Origin: Armatimonadota bacterium
GTDB taxonomy: Bacteria; Armatimonadota; Hebobacteria; GCA-020354555; CP070648
Direction of reading: 5' to 3'
NCBI GenBank assembly: GCA_020354555.1
Contig: CP070648.1
Coordinates: 2,212,692 to 2,276,691 of the forward strand
DNA: 64,000 nucleotides
Shown here: piece by piece, positions 38,628 to 49,119 of the stretch
Layout of the letters: each line of letters begins with the position of its first letter
How positions within the stretch are numbered: position 1 is the stretch's first letter
Notes under the pieces: generated by a model
What the model saw: only the letters and a program-made list of their open reading frames with translations
Database searches by the model: none
What the model was told of the DNA's origin: nothing
Program-made: the position numbers and the translations under genes

Positions 38628-40580
38628 ATGGGGAAAGCGTTGGCAGCCTGCTGCCTCGCGTTGGTGCTGTGCGTTGGGGCGTCGGCCCAGGAATCTGCGC
38701 CATCGGTGGAGCAGACCGAGCAGGTGGCGCCGCAGCCGCCGGCCGCTCCGGACGTGTCGGCCGAGGCGTCGCAGCCGACCGCACCATCTGTAGACCAACC
38801 GGCACCTGCGCAGGACGCCGAATCGGCAACTGAAACACCGCCCGAGAATGCGACACCGGCAACTGAAACACCGCCCGAGGAGGCGAAGCCGGCAATCGAG
38901 GCGCCCGCGGAAGAGCCTCAGGAGGCAGAGCCGGCGGCACCGGCGGAGGCCGAGCAGCCGGGCCCGCCGATCACCGCCATCGTCGTCCGCGGCAACGAGC
39001 ACATCGCGCTCGAGCAGATCACCCCGTCGCTCACGGCACAGGTCGGCCAGAACGTCGCTGACGCACTGCTCGAGGAGCAGGAGAAGGCGGTGCGCGATCT
39101 CGGCTGGTTCTACGACGTGCGCGTCACTACCGAGCCGACGGAGCAAGGGGTGCGGTTGGTCGTGACCGTGGTCGAGAATCCGGTCATCAGCGACATCGTC
39201 ATCGAGGGCAATACGGTCTTCAGCGACGAGCAACTGCGGGCGGTCATGGAATCGAAGCCGGGCGAGGTGGCGAGCAACCGCACGATAATCAACGACCTGC
39301 GCGCGATTCGTGAGAAGTACGACTCCGCCGGCTATATCTGGGCACAGGTATCCGACGTGTGGACCGACGAAGAGACGGGCAACCTGGTCATCACCTTGCT
39401 CGAGGGCGAGGTCGAGGAACTGCGCATCACGGGCAACCGGAAGACCCGGAGTTACGTCATCCGGCGCGAGATGCGCACCAAGCCGGGTGACATCCTCAAT
39501 CGCGACCGGCTGCGGCGCGACCTCGACCGGCTCATCAACCTGGAGATCTTTCAGGACGTATCATCGCAGCCGACGGTGGGCAGCGCGCCCGGCCTGGTCG
39601 CGGTACCGGTCAACGTGGTGGAGAAGAAGACCGGGCTCGCGGCGGCGGGCGTGGGCTACAGCTCGGTGCAGAAGCTTGTGGGCTTCGTCGATCTCACGGA
39701 GTCGAACCTGCGCGGCACCGGCCAGAAGGTCACGCTGCGGATGGAGTTCGGAGGCCGCGAGAGCTACGAGCTGGGCTACTTCAACCCGTGGATCAGCGCG
39801 CCCGAGACGAGCCTGCGCGTCGGGGTTTACAACAAACTCATCCTGCGCCAGGCCGTGGTCGGCGATATCGGCTTCCTGTACGACGAGAAGCGCACCGGCG
39901 GGAACGTCACCGTGAGCCGGCCCCTCGGCGAGAGCGAAACCACGCGCATCTACATGAGCCTGCGCGCCGATTCCGTGTCGGTGCAGGAGGCGGACGACGA
40001 GACGCTGCCCGATGTCATTGCGCTCCAGCGGGGGGAGGACGTGCGAAGCCTGGGCGTGACGTTGCGCAACGACGACCGCGACATCAAAGCCAACCCGACG
40101 CGCGGCGGCCTCAACAGCGTGTCCGCGGAGTTCGCGGGCTGGCTCGGCGGCGCCAGCTTCAACAAGTACGGCGTCGACCTGCGGCGGTACTTCCGCGTCG
40201 GCGGCAAGCGCATCCTTGCCACCCGCCTCATGCTGGGCTTCGCCGCCGGCCACCCGCCGTTCCTCGAGCAGTATCTCATCGGCGGCGGCGACACGCTGCG
40301 CGGGTATCGCAACGACCGCTTCCCCGGCACGCGCATGGCGATCCTCAACACCGAGCTGCGCGTCCCACTCCAGGAGAATCTCGCCGGGGTCGTGTTTGTC
40401 GACGTCGGCACCGCGTGGGGTGGCGTGTTTGCGCGCGAACTCGGCGATACGCGCTTCGAGGCGCACGTCGGCTATGGCCTCGGCGTACGCCTCGTCACGC
40501 CGATCGGGCCTATCCGCATAGACTACGGCATCGGCAGCGAAGGACAGGAGACTCACTTCAGCGTGGGCCACGCCTTCTAG
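38628..40580 (+). CDS. bamA: BamA/Omp85-family outer membrane protein assembly factor
   Basis: Signal peptide, Pro/Glu/Ala-rich linker, POTRA repeats, C-terminal surface-antigen barrel ending ...SVGHAF. Confidence 0.75.
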   Translation: MGKALAACCLALVLCVGASAQESAPSVEQTEQVAPQPPAAPDVSAEASQPTAPSVDQPAPAQDAESATETPPENATPATETPPEEAKPAIEAPAEEPQEAEPAAPAEAEQPGPPITAIVVRGNEHIALEQITPSLTAQVGQNVADALLEEQEKAVRDLGWFYDVRVTTEPTEQGVRLVVTVVENPVISDIVIEGNTVFSDEQLRAVMESKPGEVASNRTIINDLRAIREKYDSAGYIWAQVSDVWTDEETGNLVITLLEGEVEELRITGNRKTRSYVIRREMRTKPGDILNRDRLRRDLDRLINLEIFQDVSSQPTVGSAPGLVAVPVNVVEKKTGLAAAGVGYSSVQKLVGFVDLTESNLRGTGQKVTLRMEFGGRESYELGYFNPWISAPETSLRVGVYNKLILRQAVVGDIGFLYDEKRTGGNVTVSRPLGESETTRIYMSLRADSVSVQEADDETLPDVIALQRGEDVRSLGVTLRNDDRDIKANPTRGGLNSVSAEFAGWLGGASFNKYGVDLRRYFRVGGKRILATRLMLGFAAGHPPFLEQYLIGGGDTLRGYRNDRFPGTRMAILNTELRVPLQENLAGVVFVDVGTAWGGVFARELGDTRFEAHVGYGLGVRLVTPIGPIRIDYGIGSEGQETHFSVGHAF

Positions 40581-40717
40581 CGCGGCCCGAGATCCGTCGT
40601 TCGTGGCCCGAGACTCGCGCTCCGCGACCGTGTGTTGCGGCGCGCGGCCGTCGCCGGGAGCGCGGTGCGGGGACATCGCACCGCGGACCGCAAACGGCGA
40701 ACATAGGACGTGAAACC

Positions 40718-41377
40718 ATGGACGACCCACGAAAGGAGAGGGAATTGGCGAAGCAGGTGGCGTGCTTGGTCGTGGCGCTGATGATTGCGGCGCTCGTGGC
40801 ACCGTTCGCCTTGGCGCAGGAGCAAGCGCCGAGGCTCGGTGTGGTTGACATGGCCAAGGTGCTCGAAGGATACACGGAATTCCAGGCATCGGACGCCGAG
40901 TACAAGCAGTTCTTGCGCGACCGGCAGGGGCAACTCCAGCAGCGCATGAGCGTGCGGCTGCTGCGCGACGACGAGTTGAAGGAGTACCAGAACCTGACCA
41001 GCGTGGTCGCGCCAACCGACGATCAGAAGCGGCGGCTGGAGGAATTGCGGGCGCTGGCCGAAAAGCGCGAGAACGAACTGAATGGGCTGTCGCGGCTCCC
41101 CGACCCGACTCCCGAGGAGAAGCAGCGGTTGACGGAGCTCCAGGCGGTGGCCGATAAGGCCGATGAGGAGATCAGCGGGCTCCAGCAGCGCTTGGCCGAC
41201 GAGATCAACCAGCGCAACAAGGAACTCTCCGAGAAGCTCAATCAGAAGATTGAGGCCGCGCTGGCGGCGGTCGCCAGAGAGAAGCGGGTGGACTACATTC
41301 TGTCCAAGGATGCCGTGCTCTACGGCGGGCGAGACCTCACCGATGAGGTCCTGGCGAAACTGAACCCGAGCGCCTAG
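40718..41377 (+). CDS. skp: OmpH/Skp-family periplasmic chaperone
   Basis: Signal peptide then a long charged coiled coil of Skp type. Canonical position between bamA and lpxD. Confidence 0.7.
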   Translation: MDDPRKERELAKQVACLVVALMIAALVAPFALAQEQAPRLGVVDMAKVLEGYTEFQASDAEYKQFLRDRQGQLQQRMSVRLLRDDELKEYQNLTSVVAPTDDQKRRLEELRALAEKRENELNGLSRLPDPTPEEKQRLTELQAVADKADEEISGLQQRLADEINQRNKELSEKLNQKIEAALAAVAREKRVDYILSKDAVLYGGRDLTDEVLAKLNPSA

Positions 41378-41422
41378 AGGCGGCGTCGCCGACAGCGCGT
41401 CTGATTTCCGAGGCTCCTTTCG

Positions 41423-42556
41423 ATGAGACCAGCGAGCGCCACTATGAGGCTGCTGCGAGCGGCGGCGCTGGCAGGTGCCGTGATCGCCGGGGGCTGCGCC
41501 GCGCCCGTGGCGCGCGAGCCTCGCGTCGCTTATGCGCGGCTGGCACCGCTTGCCGCCCTGCACCCGCGCTACCCTGAGTTGGCGGCACTCGAACAGTGGG
41601 GGCGGGCGGCGCGAAGCGCGGCCGAAGGCCCGCTCGCCGACATGCCCCTGCCCGTTGCCCACTTGTTCTCGCCGGTCTCGGGCGGCGAGTTGGCGCCGCC
41701 GCCGGTCGCCGCCGCTCTCGAGCGCGTCAGGACGGTCACCGAGGAGGAAGTCACGCGCCTGACGCGGGAACTGACGGCGCGCGCTCATGAGGATCTCGTC
41801 CGCGGGGCGCGGGAAGCTGCGCGAGCCGCGCGCGCGCAAGACGCGCAGCGGCGCAGTGAGATCCTCGCGGCGCTCGCCGATGACCGCCGTCGGGTACTGC
41901 TGGAGCGGCGCGACCGCGTCTATAATCTACGCCTGAGAGTGGCGAACCTCGAACGTAGGGGTGGCGAGCCGAACCTGCTGCCGGGGGCGCGAGGGCCGGC
42001 GCAGGAACGGCTGAGGCAAGCGCGAGAGGAACTGGGAACGGCGCTCGAAGAGCAAGCGTCTCGTCTCGACGAGGTGCAGCAGCAATACGACGCGCAGCTC
42101 GCGGCACTGGAGCAGGCGGCGACCGAACGGGTGGCGCGGGAGGTCGAGGAGCTGCGCCGCCGCCTGGCTGAGGAACTCGCCGACGCCGTCGCCGGTGAGC
42201 GCGAGCGCCTGGCGGTGCCGGTCGCGGCCGCGGCCGAGCAGATGACGCTCGGCCTCGAGCTGGCACCGGGTCCGCCCGCAGCGCTGCTGGCAGGTGTGTT
42301 GAGCCGTGATCTCGAACCAGCGTCCGGGGCGCCGCGCCAGAGGTCGTACTCGGCCGCCATGGCAGGCCGCGCCGACGAGTTGGCGCGGCGGCGCAACAGG
42401 TTGGCGGACCTGGTGCGCGAGGAGACCCGCGCGACGGCGGAGGCGCTGGCCTACGCCCGCAACTGGCGCGTGAAGTGGGGCGAGCCGCCCGGCGCCGGCC
42501 CGGCCGATATCACGGAACGGGTCGAGGAATGGCTGCGCGCCTATTGGGGTGCGTGA
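41423..42556 (+). CDS. Hypothetical coiled-coil lipoprotein inserted between skp and lpxD
   Basis: Signal peptide with lipobox IAGGC. 377 aa, Ala/Arg/Glu/Leu-rich with heptad-like periodicity. Genome-typical GC3. Confidence 0.4.
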   Translation: MRPASATMRLLRAAALAGAVIAGGCAAPVAREPRVAYARLAPLAALHPRYPELAALEQWGRAARSAAEGPLADMPLPVAHLFSPVSGGELAPPPVAAALERVRTVTEEEVTRLTRELTARAHEDLVRGAREAARAARAQDAQRRSEILAALADDRRRVLLERRDRVYNLRLRVANLERRGGEPNLLPGARGPAQERLRQAREELGTALEEQASRLDEVQQQYDAQLAALEQAATERVAREVEELRRRLAEELADAVAGERERLAVPVAAAAEQMTLGLELAPGPPAALLAGVLSRDLEPASGAPRQRSYSAAMAGRADELARRRNRLADLVREETRATAEALAYARNWRVKWGEPPGAGPADITERVEEWLRAYWGA

Positions 42557-42607
42557 GCGAATCGGCCGGGCAGCATTGACCGCCTCGTCCCGACATCGGG
42601 AGATGCC

Positions 42608-43657
42608 GTGCCTGCACTGACTCTGAAACAGATCGCCGACGAGTTGGGCGGAGAAGCGGTCGGCCCTGCCGAACTCCTGATCGCCGGAGCCGCGGGGTAC
42701 GAGGGCGCCGGGGAAACCGACCTGACGTTCGCCGACAACCCGCGACTGCTCAAGGTCGCCGAGCAGAGCCGGGCAGCCGCGCTGATCGTGTCGCGGGAAG
42801 TGGCGTCATCGGTCAAGCCCATTATCCGCACCGATAACCCGCGGCTGGCGTTCGCCCAGGCGCTGGAACTGTTTTGGCCGCGGCAGCGGCCTGAGCCCGG
42901 CATTCATCCGACGGCGGTGGTCGGCGCGGGCGTGGAGATCGGCGCAGACACGTACGTCGGGCCGTGTGCGGTCGTCGGCGACGGGGCGCGGCTGGGACGC
43001 GACGTCGAACTGCACGCGGTATGCTCCCTCGGCCGCAACACCGAGGTCGGCGACGGGACGATCATCCATCCCCACGTCACCGTCTATCACGACGTGCGCA
43101 TCGGCAAGCGCTGCATCATCCACTCCGGCTGCGTCATCGGGGGCGACGGCTTCGGGTTCGTGCGCAATGGCGAGGGCGCGCACATCAAGGTGCCCCAGGT
43201 GGGCACGGTCATCATCGAGGATGACGTGGAGATCGGCTCCAACTGCGCCGTGGACCGGGCGACGACCGATGCGACCGTGATCGGCCGCGGCACCAAAATG
43301 GACAACCTCGTGCAGATAGGCCACAACGTCAAGATCGGGCGCAACTGCATCATCGTCGGCCAAGTCGGCCTCTCCGGCAGCGTCGAGATCGGCGACGGCG
43401 CAGTCCTCGCCGGACAGGTCGGCGTAGCGGACCATATCACGATTGGCAAGGGCGCCACGGTCTGCGCGCAGGCCGGGGTGATTGGCGACATCCCCGAGGG
43501 TGCGGTCGTGTCCGGATACCCGGCGCGGCCGCACAAGGAGCAGATGAAGGCGGAGGCCGCCCTGCGCAGGTTGCCGGCGGCGCTGTCCGAGCTGCGCGCC
43601 TTGCGGCGGCAGCTTGAGGCGCTCCAGGAGCGCCTCAAGGAGCGGGACGGGAGCTGA
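42608..43657 (+). CDS. lpxD: UDP-3-O-acylglucosamine N-acyltransferase LpxD
   Basis: LbH hexapeptide repeats; [13 protein letters not shown]...[14 protein letters not shown] catalytic-His region. GTG start. Confidence 0.85.
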   Translation: MPALTLKQIADELGGEAVGPAELLIAGAAGYEGAGETDLTFADNPRLLKVAEQSRAAALIVSREVASSVKPIIRTDNPRLAFAQALELFWPRQRPEPGIHPTAVVGAGVEIGADTYVGPCAVVGDGARLGRDVELHAVCSLGRNTEVGDGTIIHPHVTVYHDVRIGKRCIIHSGCVIGGDGFGFVRNGEGAHIKVPQVGTVIIEDDVEIGSNCAVDRATTDATVIGRGTKMDNLVQIGHNVKIGRNCIIVGQVGLSGSVEIGDGAVLAGQVGVADHITIGKGATVCAQAGVIGDIPEGAVVSGYPARPHKEQMKAEAALRRLPAALSELRALRRQLEALQERLKERDGS

Positions 43658-43766
43658 GCCTCCGCTGCGGAACGCCGCGGACCCGGGCGGAGCGTTACGA
43701 GGAAGCCGCTTCTCACGTATCACCCTGTTCCCGCCCCTGATGCGCGGGAAGCCTGACGCAATCATC

Positions 43767-44483
43767 ATGCGCATCGCACTCCTGGCGGCAATAGCTCTCA
43801 CCGCGGCGGCGGCAGTCGCCTACCTGTGGCTCACCGCGAGCCGCATTGCGCCGGAGCCGCAGCCGCGGCTTCCCGTCGCTCCCGAAATCCAGGTCAAGTT
43901 CGATCGCATCACCGTGCGCGGGCGGGCCGAGGGAGACCGCTACTGGGAGCTCGAGGCACAGAGCATCGAGATGACGCGGGACCAGAGCCTGACCCGGCTC
44001 CAAGGGCTGCGCCGCGCGACGCTGTACGCGGGCGACAAGCCCCAGCTCTTCGCTCGCGCACAATGGGCCGCGCTGCGGTCGCCGTCGCGCGACATGGAAC
44101 TCGGCGGCGGCGTGGAAGTGAAATCCGACGCGGGCCTGTTGCTGCGCACGGAGAGTCTGCGTTGGGACGCGGAGCGCGAGCGCTTGACCTCCGCGGGGCC
44201 GGTTGAAATGGAATTGGGCGAGACTATGGTGACAGCGACGCGCGCGTACTACGTCGCGGACGGCGAGAAGATCGTGTGCGACGGCCGCGTGCAGATACGG
44301 CAGGGGGAGAACTACCTGACCGGCGAGAAGCTTAGCGCAGACCTACGGGCGGAGACGCTCGAAATCGCGGGGGGCGTGCGCATGCGACTCCGCGTCGAAG
44401 AGGGGCGCGAGTTGACCGAAACGGAAGGGCCGCTCGGCGCCATGAAAAGCCTGCTCGAGAAGGCGCCAAAGGAGGCACGCTAG
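43767..44483 (+). CDS. lptC: LptC-like LPS export protein
   Basis: N-terminal TM anchor, then OstA-like beta-jellyroll repeats. Immediately upstream of lptA. Confidence 0.55.
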   Translation: MRIALLAAIALTAAAAVAYLWLTASRIAPEPQPRLPVAPEIQVKFDRITVRGRAEGDRYWELEAQSIEMTRDQSLTRLQGLRRATLYAGDKPQLFARAQWAALRSPSRDMELGGGVEVKSDAGLLLRTESLRWDAERERLTSAGPVEMELGETMVTATRAYYVADGEKIVCDGRVQIRQGENYLTGEKLSADLRAETLEIAGGVRMRLRVEEGRELTETEGPLGAMKSLLEKAPKEAR

Positions 44484-45439
44484 TGCGCGTATGGTCGTGG
44501 GCGGCGGCTGGGGCGATACTCCTGGTCACGGCGGTGAGTTGCCTCAGTCGCGCGCCGTCGCATCGCGCGAATGCGCAACCGACGGCGGCTGCACCGGCGC
44601 AGCCCGCCGCGCCTGCGGACGAGAACGCGGCCGCCACCGCGCCGGCGGCCGCGGACGAAACGGGCGGCGACAAGAAGACGGAAGAGGTGTTGCTCGAGCA
44701 CGCCGACCGCGTCCGTTACGACAACAAGACAAAGGAGTACACGCTGACGGGAGACGTCGTGCTGCGCCACGAGGACGGCGTGCTGCGCGCGCAGACCGTG
44801 CGCATGAACAGCGACACGAAGAAGGGCGTCGCGACGGGCGACCTGTCATTCGCCGACGAGGAGACGACGCTTACCGCGGAGCGCCTCGAGATCGACTTCG
44901 ACGCACGGATCGGCCTGTTCAAGGGTGACGTGCGCCTCGTCACGCAGAAGAAGCCCGAGGCCGAGGAGGGACCGGCCGCGGCCGGCGGAGAGCAGGAGCA
45001 GGCGCCCGCGCCCGGCGCCGAATCCGAAGGCGAAACGGCAGGCGCCGGCGAGGATGAGGAGGCCAAGCCCTTCAGCGAGTACTGGGAGGAGCGGACGGAG
45101 ATACGCTGCCCGGAGCTGGAGTATTCGTATCGCGAGGATCGCGCGGTCGCCCGCGGTGGCATCACGGCGCGGCAGAAGGATCGCACCGGCCGGGCGGACG
45201 AGGCGGTGTACACAGACCAGGATGAGATGCTCGTCCTCAGCGGCAGCGTGGAGATGAAGAACGAGCGGGGCGAGACCCTTCGCGCCGACAAGATGACCAT
45301 CTCTATCAAGGACGAGTGGCTGGAAGCCGAGGGCGCCGCGGACAGCCGCTTCCTGATCGAGGAGGAAGAACAAGGCGAGGCGGCGCCGGGCGAGGTGGCG
45401 CCTGAGGGGGCGGTGGAGAGCGAACAGGCCCCGCAGTAG
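44483..45439 (+). CDS. lptA: LptA/OstA-N-domain LPS transport periplasmic protein with acidic C-terminal tail
   Basis: Signal peptide; OstA-like repeats (DRVRYDNKTKEYTLTGDVVL...). GTG start overlapping the lptC stop. Confidence 0.6.
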   Translation: MRVWSWAAAGAILLVTAVSCLSRAPSHRANAQPTAAAPAQPAAPADENAAATAPAAADETGGDKKTEEVLLEHADRVRYDNKTKEYTLTGDVVLRHEDGVLRAQTVRMNSDTKKGVATGDLSFADEETTLTAERLEIDFDARIGLFKGDVRLVTQKKPEAEEGPAAAGGEQEQAPAPGAESEGETAGAGEDEEAKPFSEYWEERTEIRCPELEYSYREDRAVARGGITARQKDRTGRADEAVYTDQDEMLVLSGSVEMKNERGETLRADKMTISIKDEWLEAEGAADSRFLIEEEEQGEAAPGEVAPEGAVESEQAPQ

Positions 45440-45588
45440 TCCGGGCGCTACCGTCGCGTTCCTCTGGTTCCCGATCATCGAAGCTGAAGCGTCGGGCGCG
45501 CGGTTTCCCGGCCGCGCGGGCCACGTGGGGTTTCGGCAAGGGGCGCGAACTGCGCGCGTCCACGGCCCGGTTAGACGGAGGTTAAGAC

Positions 45589-46464
45589 ATGACTTTCTGG
45601 CAGCGCGTTTTCGAGCAGCATCCTCCGGAGCTGTTGTTGGGCCAAGGCCTGAAGATCGTCGGCATCATCGTCGGCGCCCTAATCGTCAACTTCCTGGCAA
45701 GTCGCGCGCTGCGCCGCGTGGAATCGCGCGCGCAGGCTGTGGAGTCCATGCGAGTGGTCGAGGCGCGCCGCGCGGTGACGACGGTGGGGCTCGCGCGCAG
45801 CATCGTCCGGTGGGCGATCTTCCTCGTCGCGGCGGTGATGATCCTGCGCGAAGTCGGCATCAACCCGACGCCGATCATCGCTGGCGCGGGCATCGTCGGG
45901 CTCGCCGTGGGCTTCGGCGCGCAGACGCTGGTGCGCGACGTCGTTTCCGGCTTCTTCATGATTCTCGAAGGGCAACTTGCGGTGGGAGATCAGGCGGAGG
46001 TCAACGGCATCTATGGTGTGGTGGACGAAATCGGCCTGCGCGCGACGCGCATGGTCGTCCCCGGAGGTCAGGTCCGCTATTTCAGCAATGGAACCATCGC
46101 CAACATCGTCCGCTATCCGGCGGGGTCGGCGCCGTACCTCGTTAGCGTCCCGGCTGCGCCCGATAGAGTCACCGAAACGCGCGAGGCGGTGATGCACATA
46201 CTGACGGATTTCGATGCCCAGCGCAAACTGTTCGCCGGCTCGCCGCACCCGCGCGATGTCCTCGATCTGCCGACCTACGGCAAGGTGATGCGTTTCGTCG
46301 TCGCCGTGCTTCCGGGCCGTAAGGCTGCGTTCGAGGCCGCGGCGGCGCCGCGCATCAGCACCTTGCTCGCCGAGCGCGGCCTGCCCGTCCCGCAGGGCCG
46401 CGAGATCATCGTGCAAACCGACGTCTCCGCGGCCGATGAGCTGCCGCCCGGCGGCGCTGATTGA
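45589..46464 (+). CDS. Small-conductance mechanosensitive channel (MscS family)
   Basis: Three TM segments plus MscS beta-domain (QTLVRDVVSGFFMILEGQLAVGDQAEVNG). Confidence 0.8.
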   Translation: MTFWQRVFEQHPPELLLGQGLKIVGIIVGALIVNFLASRALRRVESRAQAVESMRVVEARRAVTTVGLARSIVRWAIFLVAAVMILREVGINPTPIIAGAGIVGLAVGFGAQTLVRDVVSGFFMILEGQLAVGDQAEVNGIYGVVDEIGLRATRMVVPGGQVRYFSNGTIANIVRYPAGSAPYLVSVPAAPDRVTETREAVMHILTDFDAQRKLFAGSPHPRDVLDLPTYGKVMRFVVAVLPGRKAAFEAAAAPRISTLLAERGLPVPQGREIIVQTDVSAADELPPGGAD

Positions 46465-46482
46465 CGCCGGGGCCGGCGCGTC

Positions 46483-47508
46483 CTATTGGTCGTCGGTGCC
46501 CGGCGGTGCGGGCTGCGGCGGACCTCCCGCTTGCTCGCTGCTGCGCGCCCCGTCCGCCGCTCCGGCAACGCACGTGCGCATTGCGGCCAGGTACTGTCCG
46601 CATTCGCTGCACGCGTTGGCGAGCATTGTGTTGGCGCGGTAGAGCTTGCCCTCAAGCGTGCGTTCCATGTTATCGAGCAGCCGCGCGATCTCGGCTAAGC
46701 GCGCTTGCGTCTGCGCCGCGTCGGCCCCCGTGGCGTAGCGCATGTGCAGGTTGTAGATCGTCAGCAGATACGGGATGAGCATGCCGTACGGGACGACCAC
46801 GACGCCCCGCTCGTGAGCCTGAGCTTGCGCGCTGCGGCATGCCGCGAACGCTGCCTCCGGCACCGCCGCCACCGCCCACGGCATGGTCCGCTCGGCGTCT
46901 ATGTATCCCGCCACCTCGCGCACCCGGCGCAGGACGTGCTGCTCCACTTCGGCACCGAGTTCGCGCTGCGTCTCGGGATTCTCTTCCTGCGCGAAGCGCT
47001 CCAGCAGATCCGTCGCGGGCCACTTCGAGTCAATCGGCAGCAGGCGCCCGTCGCACATGACGAGCGCGAATTCCACGCGCTTCCCTCCAAGCGCCACATC
47101 ATTCTGCACCATGTCCGGCGGGAAACACCGCAGCGTTTCGGCGACGACGTTCTCGCCAGCGCGGCCCTTGGCATGGCTGCCGATGAGCACCGCTTCGAGC
47201 CGACTCAACGTTTCCCGCGCCCGCTCCTGGGCTTCGCGATATGCCTCGTTCTGAACTTGTATGCGTTCGAGGAGCGACCGCGCCTGGCCGAGGCCCGATT
47301 GCATCACCCCGCTGACTTCGCCCGCGACGGCAAGTCGCTCGCGGATCTGCGCCAGCGATTCCCCTTGCTGCGCGATGCTGTCTCTGATCCAGGACAGTTC
47401 CGGCGGAGCGGGCTGCGCCGCTGCCCCCTTGAGGCGCAGGATGATCACTGCCAGCAGCACCACCACGACAACCAGCCCGACGACGAGCGCCGCATCAATC
47501 CCGTTCAT
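46483..47508 (-). CDS. rmuC: DNA recombination protein RmuC
   Basis: N-terminal TM, coiled coil, C-terminal RmuC nuclease-like domain. GGAGG ribosome-binding site. Confidence 0.75.
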   Translation of the reverse strand: MNGIDAALVVGLVVVVVLLAVIILRLKGAAAQPAPPELSWIRDSIAQQGESLAQIRERLAVAGEVSGVMQSGLGQARSLLERIQVQNEAYREAQERARETLSRLEAVLIGSHAKGRAGENVVAETLRCFPPDMVQNDVALGGKRVEFALVMCDGRLLPIDSKWPATDLLERFAQEENPETQRELGAEVEQHVLRRVREVAGYIDAERTMPWAVAAVPEAAFAACRSAQAQAHERGVVVVPYGMLIPYLLTIYNLHMRYATGADAAQTQARLAEIARLLDNMERTLEGKLYRANTMLANACSECGQYLAAMRTCVAGAADGARSSEQAGGPPQPAPPGTDDQ

Positions 47509-47811
47509 GGCTGCCTCCGCAGAGCATACGCAAACCTCGGTTCGCTGTCGCAGTATAGCATACGGCATCGCGCCGCGCAAGGCAATGTCCAGCGCGAGCG
47601 AGCGGTGTGAGAGGCGCGTTCCAGCCGACCGGCGGCGATGGCCGAAACGACGGCGCATGACCCTCCGGGTGCCACGGATTCCGGCCGAGCGGGCCTGTTT
47701 CCCCGACACCCAAGGGGAAACGTCCGCGCCACAGATACCGGTGCGCGGCGGTGCTGGGCACGACACGCCTCAAAAGGTCGAGGCGCGGGATGCGCCGAAC
47801 ATTTCCTTGTG

Positions 47812-48327
47812 ATGGGTTTCACCAACGCGAGGAGGGCGACGCGGATTGCCGTGGGGCGTGCGAGTCTGCTGGCAATCGCGGCGTCGGCGGCAGCCGGGAT
47901 GGCACTCGCGGGCATCGCTGGTTGCGGCCCTTCGGGGCCGACCGAGCAGGAACTGCGCGCGGCGCTAGTCGAGGAGATTCAGAAGGACGACCGCGAGTAC
48001 AACCAGCGGATGGATCGCTGGGGGCCGCCGAAGCCGGAGATAGACGGTTCGAGCTTCAGCATGACGCGGTCGGGCCGACAGCTTGCGGTTCCCGCGTCCG
48101 AGATCGAGATCCGCGAGACCGGCGGGCGCACGACGGTGTACGAAGCCGACGTGCCGCGCGAAATCGAAACCTATATCAAGACCGGGCTCAATTACGACGA
48201 GTGTCTGGCGGCGCCGGAACGGAAGCTCGATCCGCAGCAAGTCACCGACAAGTACGAATACGACGTGGTGCGTAAGAAGTGGCACGAGGTCAAGTTCGAA
48301 GGCCCCGGCGGCCTGTTGGGGATGTAG
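47812..48327 (+). CDS. Hypothetical lipoprotein
   Basis: LAGIAGC lipobox; small hydrophilic protein. Confidence 0.4.
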   Translation: MGFTNARRATRIAVGRASLLAIAASAAAGMALAGIAGCGPSGPTEQELRAALVEEIQKDDREYNQRMDRWGPPKPEIDGSSFSMTRSGRQLAVPASEIEIRETGGRTTVYEADVPREIETYIKTGLNYDECLAAPERKLDPQQVTDKYEYDVVRKKWHEVKFEGPGGLLGM

Positions 48328-48378
48328 CGTGGCACGGAGATATCAGGTCACGGCGTGTCAGGATAGGGGCAGTCAGGG

Positions 48379-49065
48379 ATGATGGATTTCTCATATCGCT
48401 CGCCGACCACCGGCGTGCACCGTATTCGCGGGAAGTTCACCCGTCCGCACGAGAAACAGGCGATGAGAATCGTCGTCTCGGTTCTCGATTTCCCGGAGCC
48501 GGGCAAGACCGCGGCAACCGGCCTCGCGCTGTCGGAGATGGTCTATGCTGATCAAGGCGGCAGCGAGCACAAGGCGAGCATCGGGCGCTCACTGGCGCGC
48601 GCCGCCGCCGATGAAGTCGTCAGGCAGTTGGATGACGGCGACGTGGATAATCTGGTGCACCCTATCCTGCGCAAAGATGCGGAGTGGCTCGACGACTTCC
48701 GCCGCCGCGCCTGTGAATTCCAGCGCAAAGGCGCGCGCGCTCTGATCTGCACCGTCGCACGCGACCCCCAGGAGTCCCATGTGGCCGAGGCGGAATGCGA
48801 GCACTGCCCTCTTCCCGAGTACTGGGAGCGCTGTCGCCATCTGGTGGAGGTGCAGACCTACCGGGAGACGGCGGAGAAGCAGCGGCGCGACCTGCGGTGC
48901 GCGGCCAAGTGCGCGCGGGGCGAGACCATTGGCAGCCCCGGCATGTGCCGCCCGGGCGGCCGCGCGTGCTTTGCCTGGGGTCTGTTCACGCGCGCGAAGT
49001 CGGGACTCGTGGTGCCGATGGAGGAGATGCCCCTGCGCCGCGTTCCCGGCGGTCCCGGCAGATAG
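48379..49065 (+). CDS. Hypothetical Cys-rich protein
   Basis: Multiple CxxC-like pairs in the C-terminal half (CEHC, CRHL..., CAAKC). No assignable family. Confidence 0.35.
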   Translation: MMDFSYRSPTTGVHRIRGKFTRPHEKQAMRIVVSVLDFPEPGKTAATGLALSEMVYADQGGSEHKASIGRSLARAAADEVVRQLDDGDVDNLVHPILRKDAEWLDDFRRRACEFQRKGARALICTVARDPQESHVAEAECEHCPLPEYWERCRHLVEVQTYRETAEKQRRDLRCAAKCARGETIGSPGMCRPGGRACFAWGLFTRAKSGLVVPMEEMPLRRVPGGPGR

Positions 49066-49119
49066 ACGACATGCTGGAGGGCGGTGCACCGCCGCCCCGA
49101 CCGCGGCGCGCCTCGCGCA

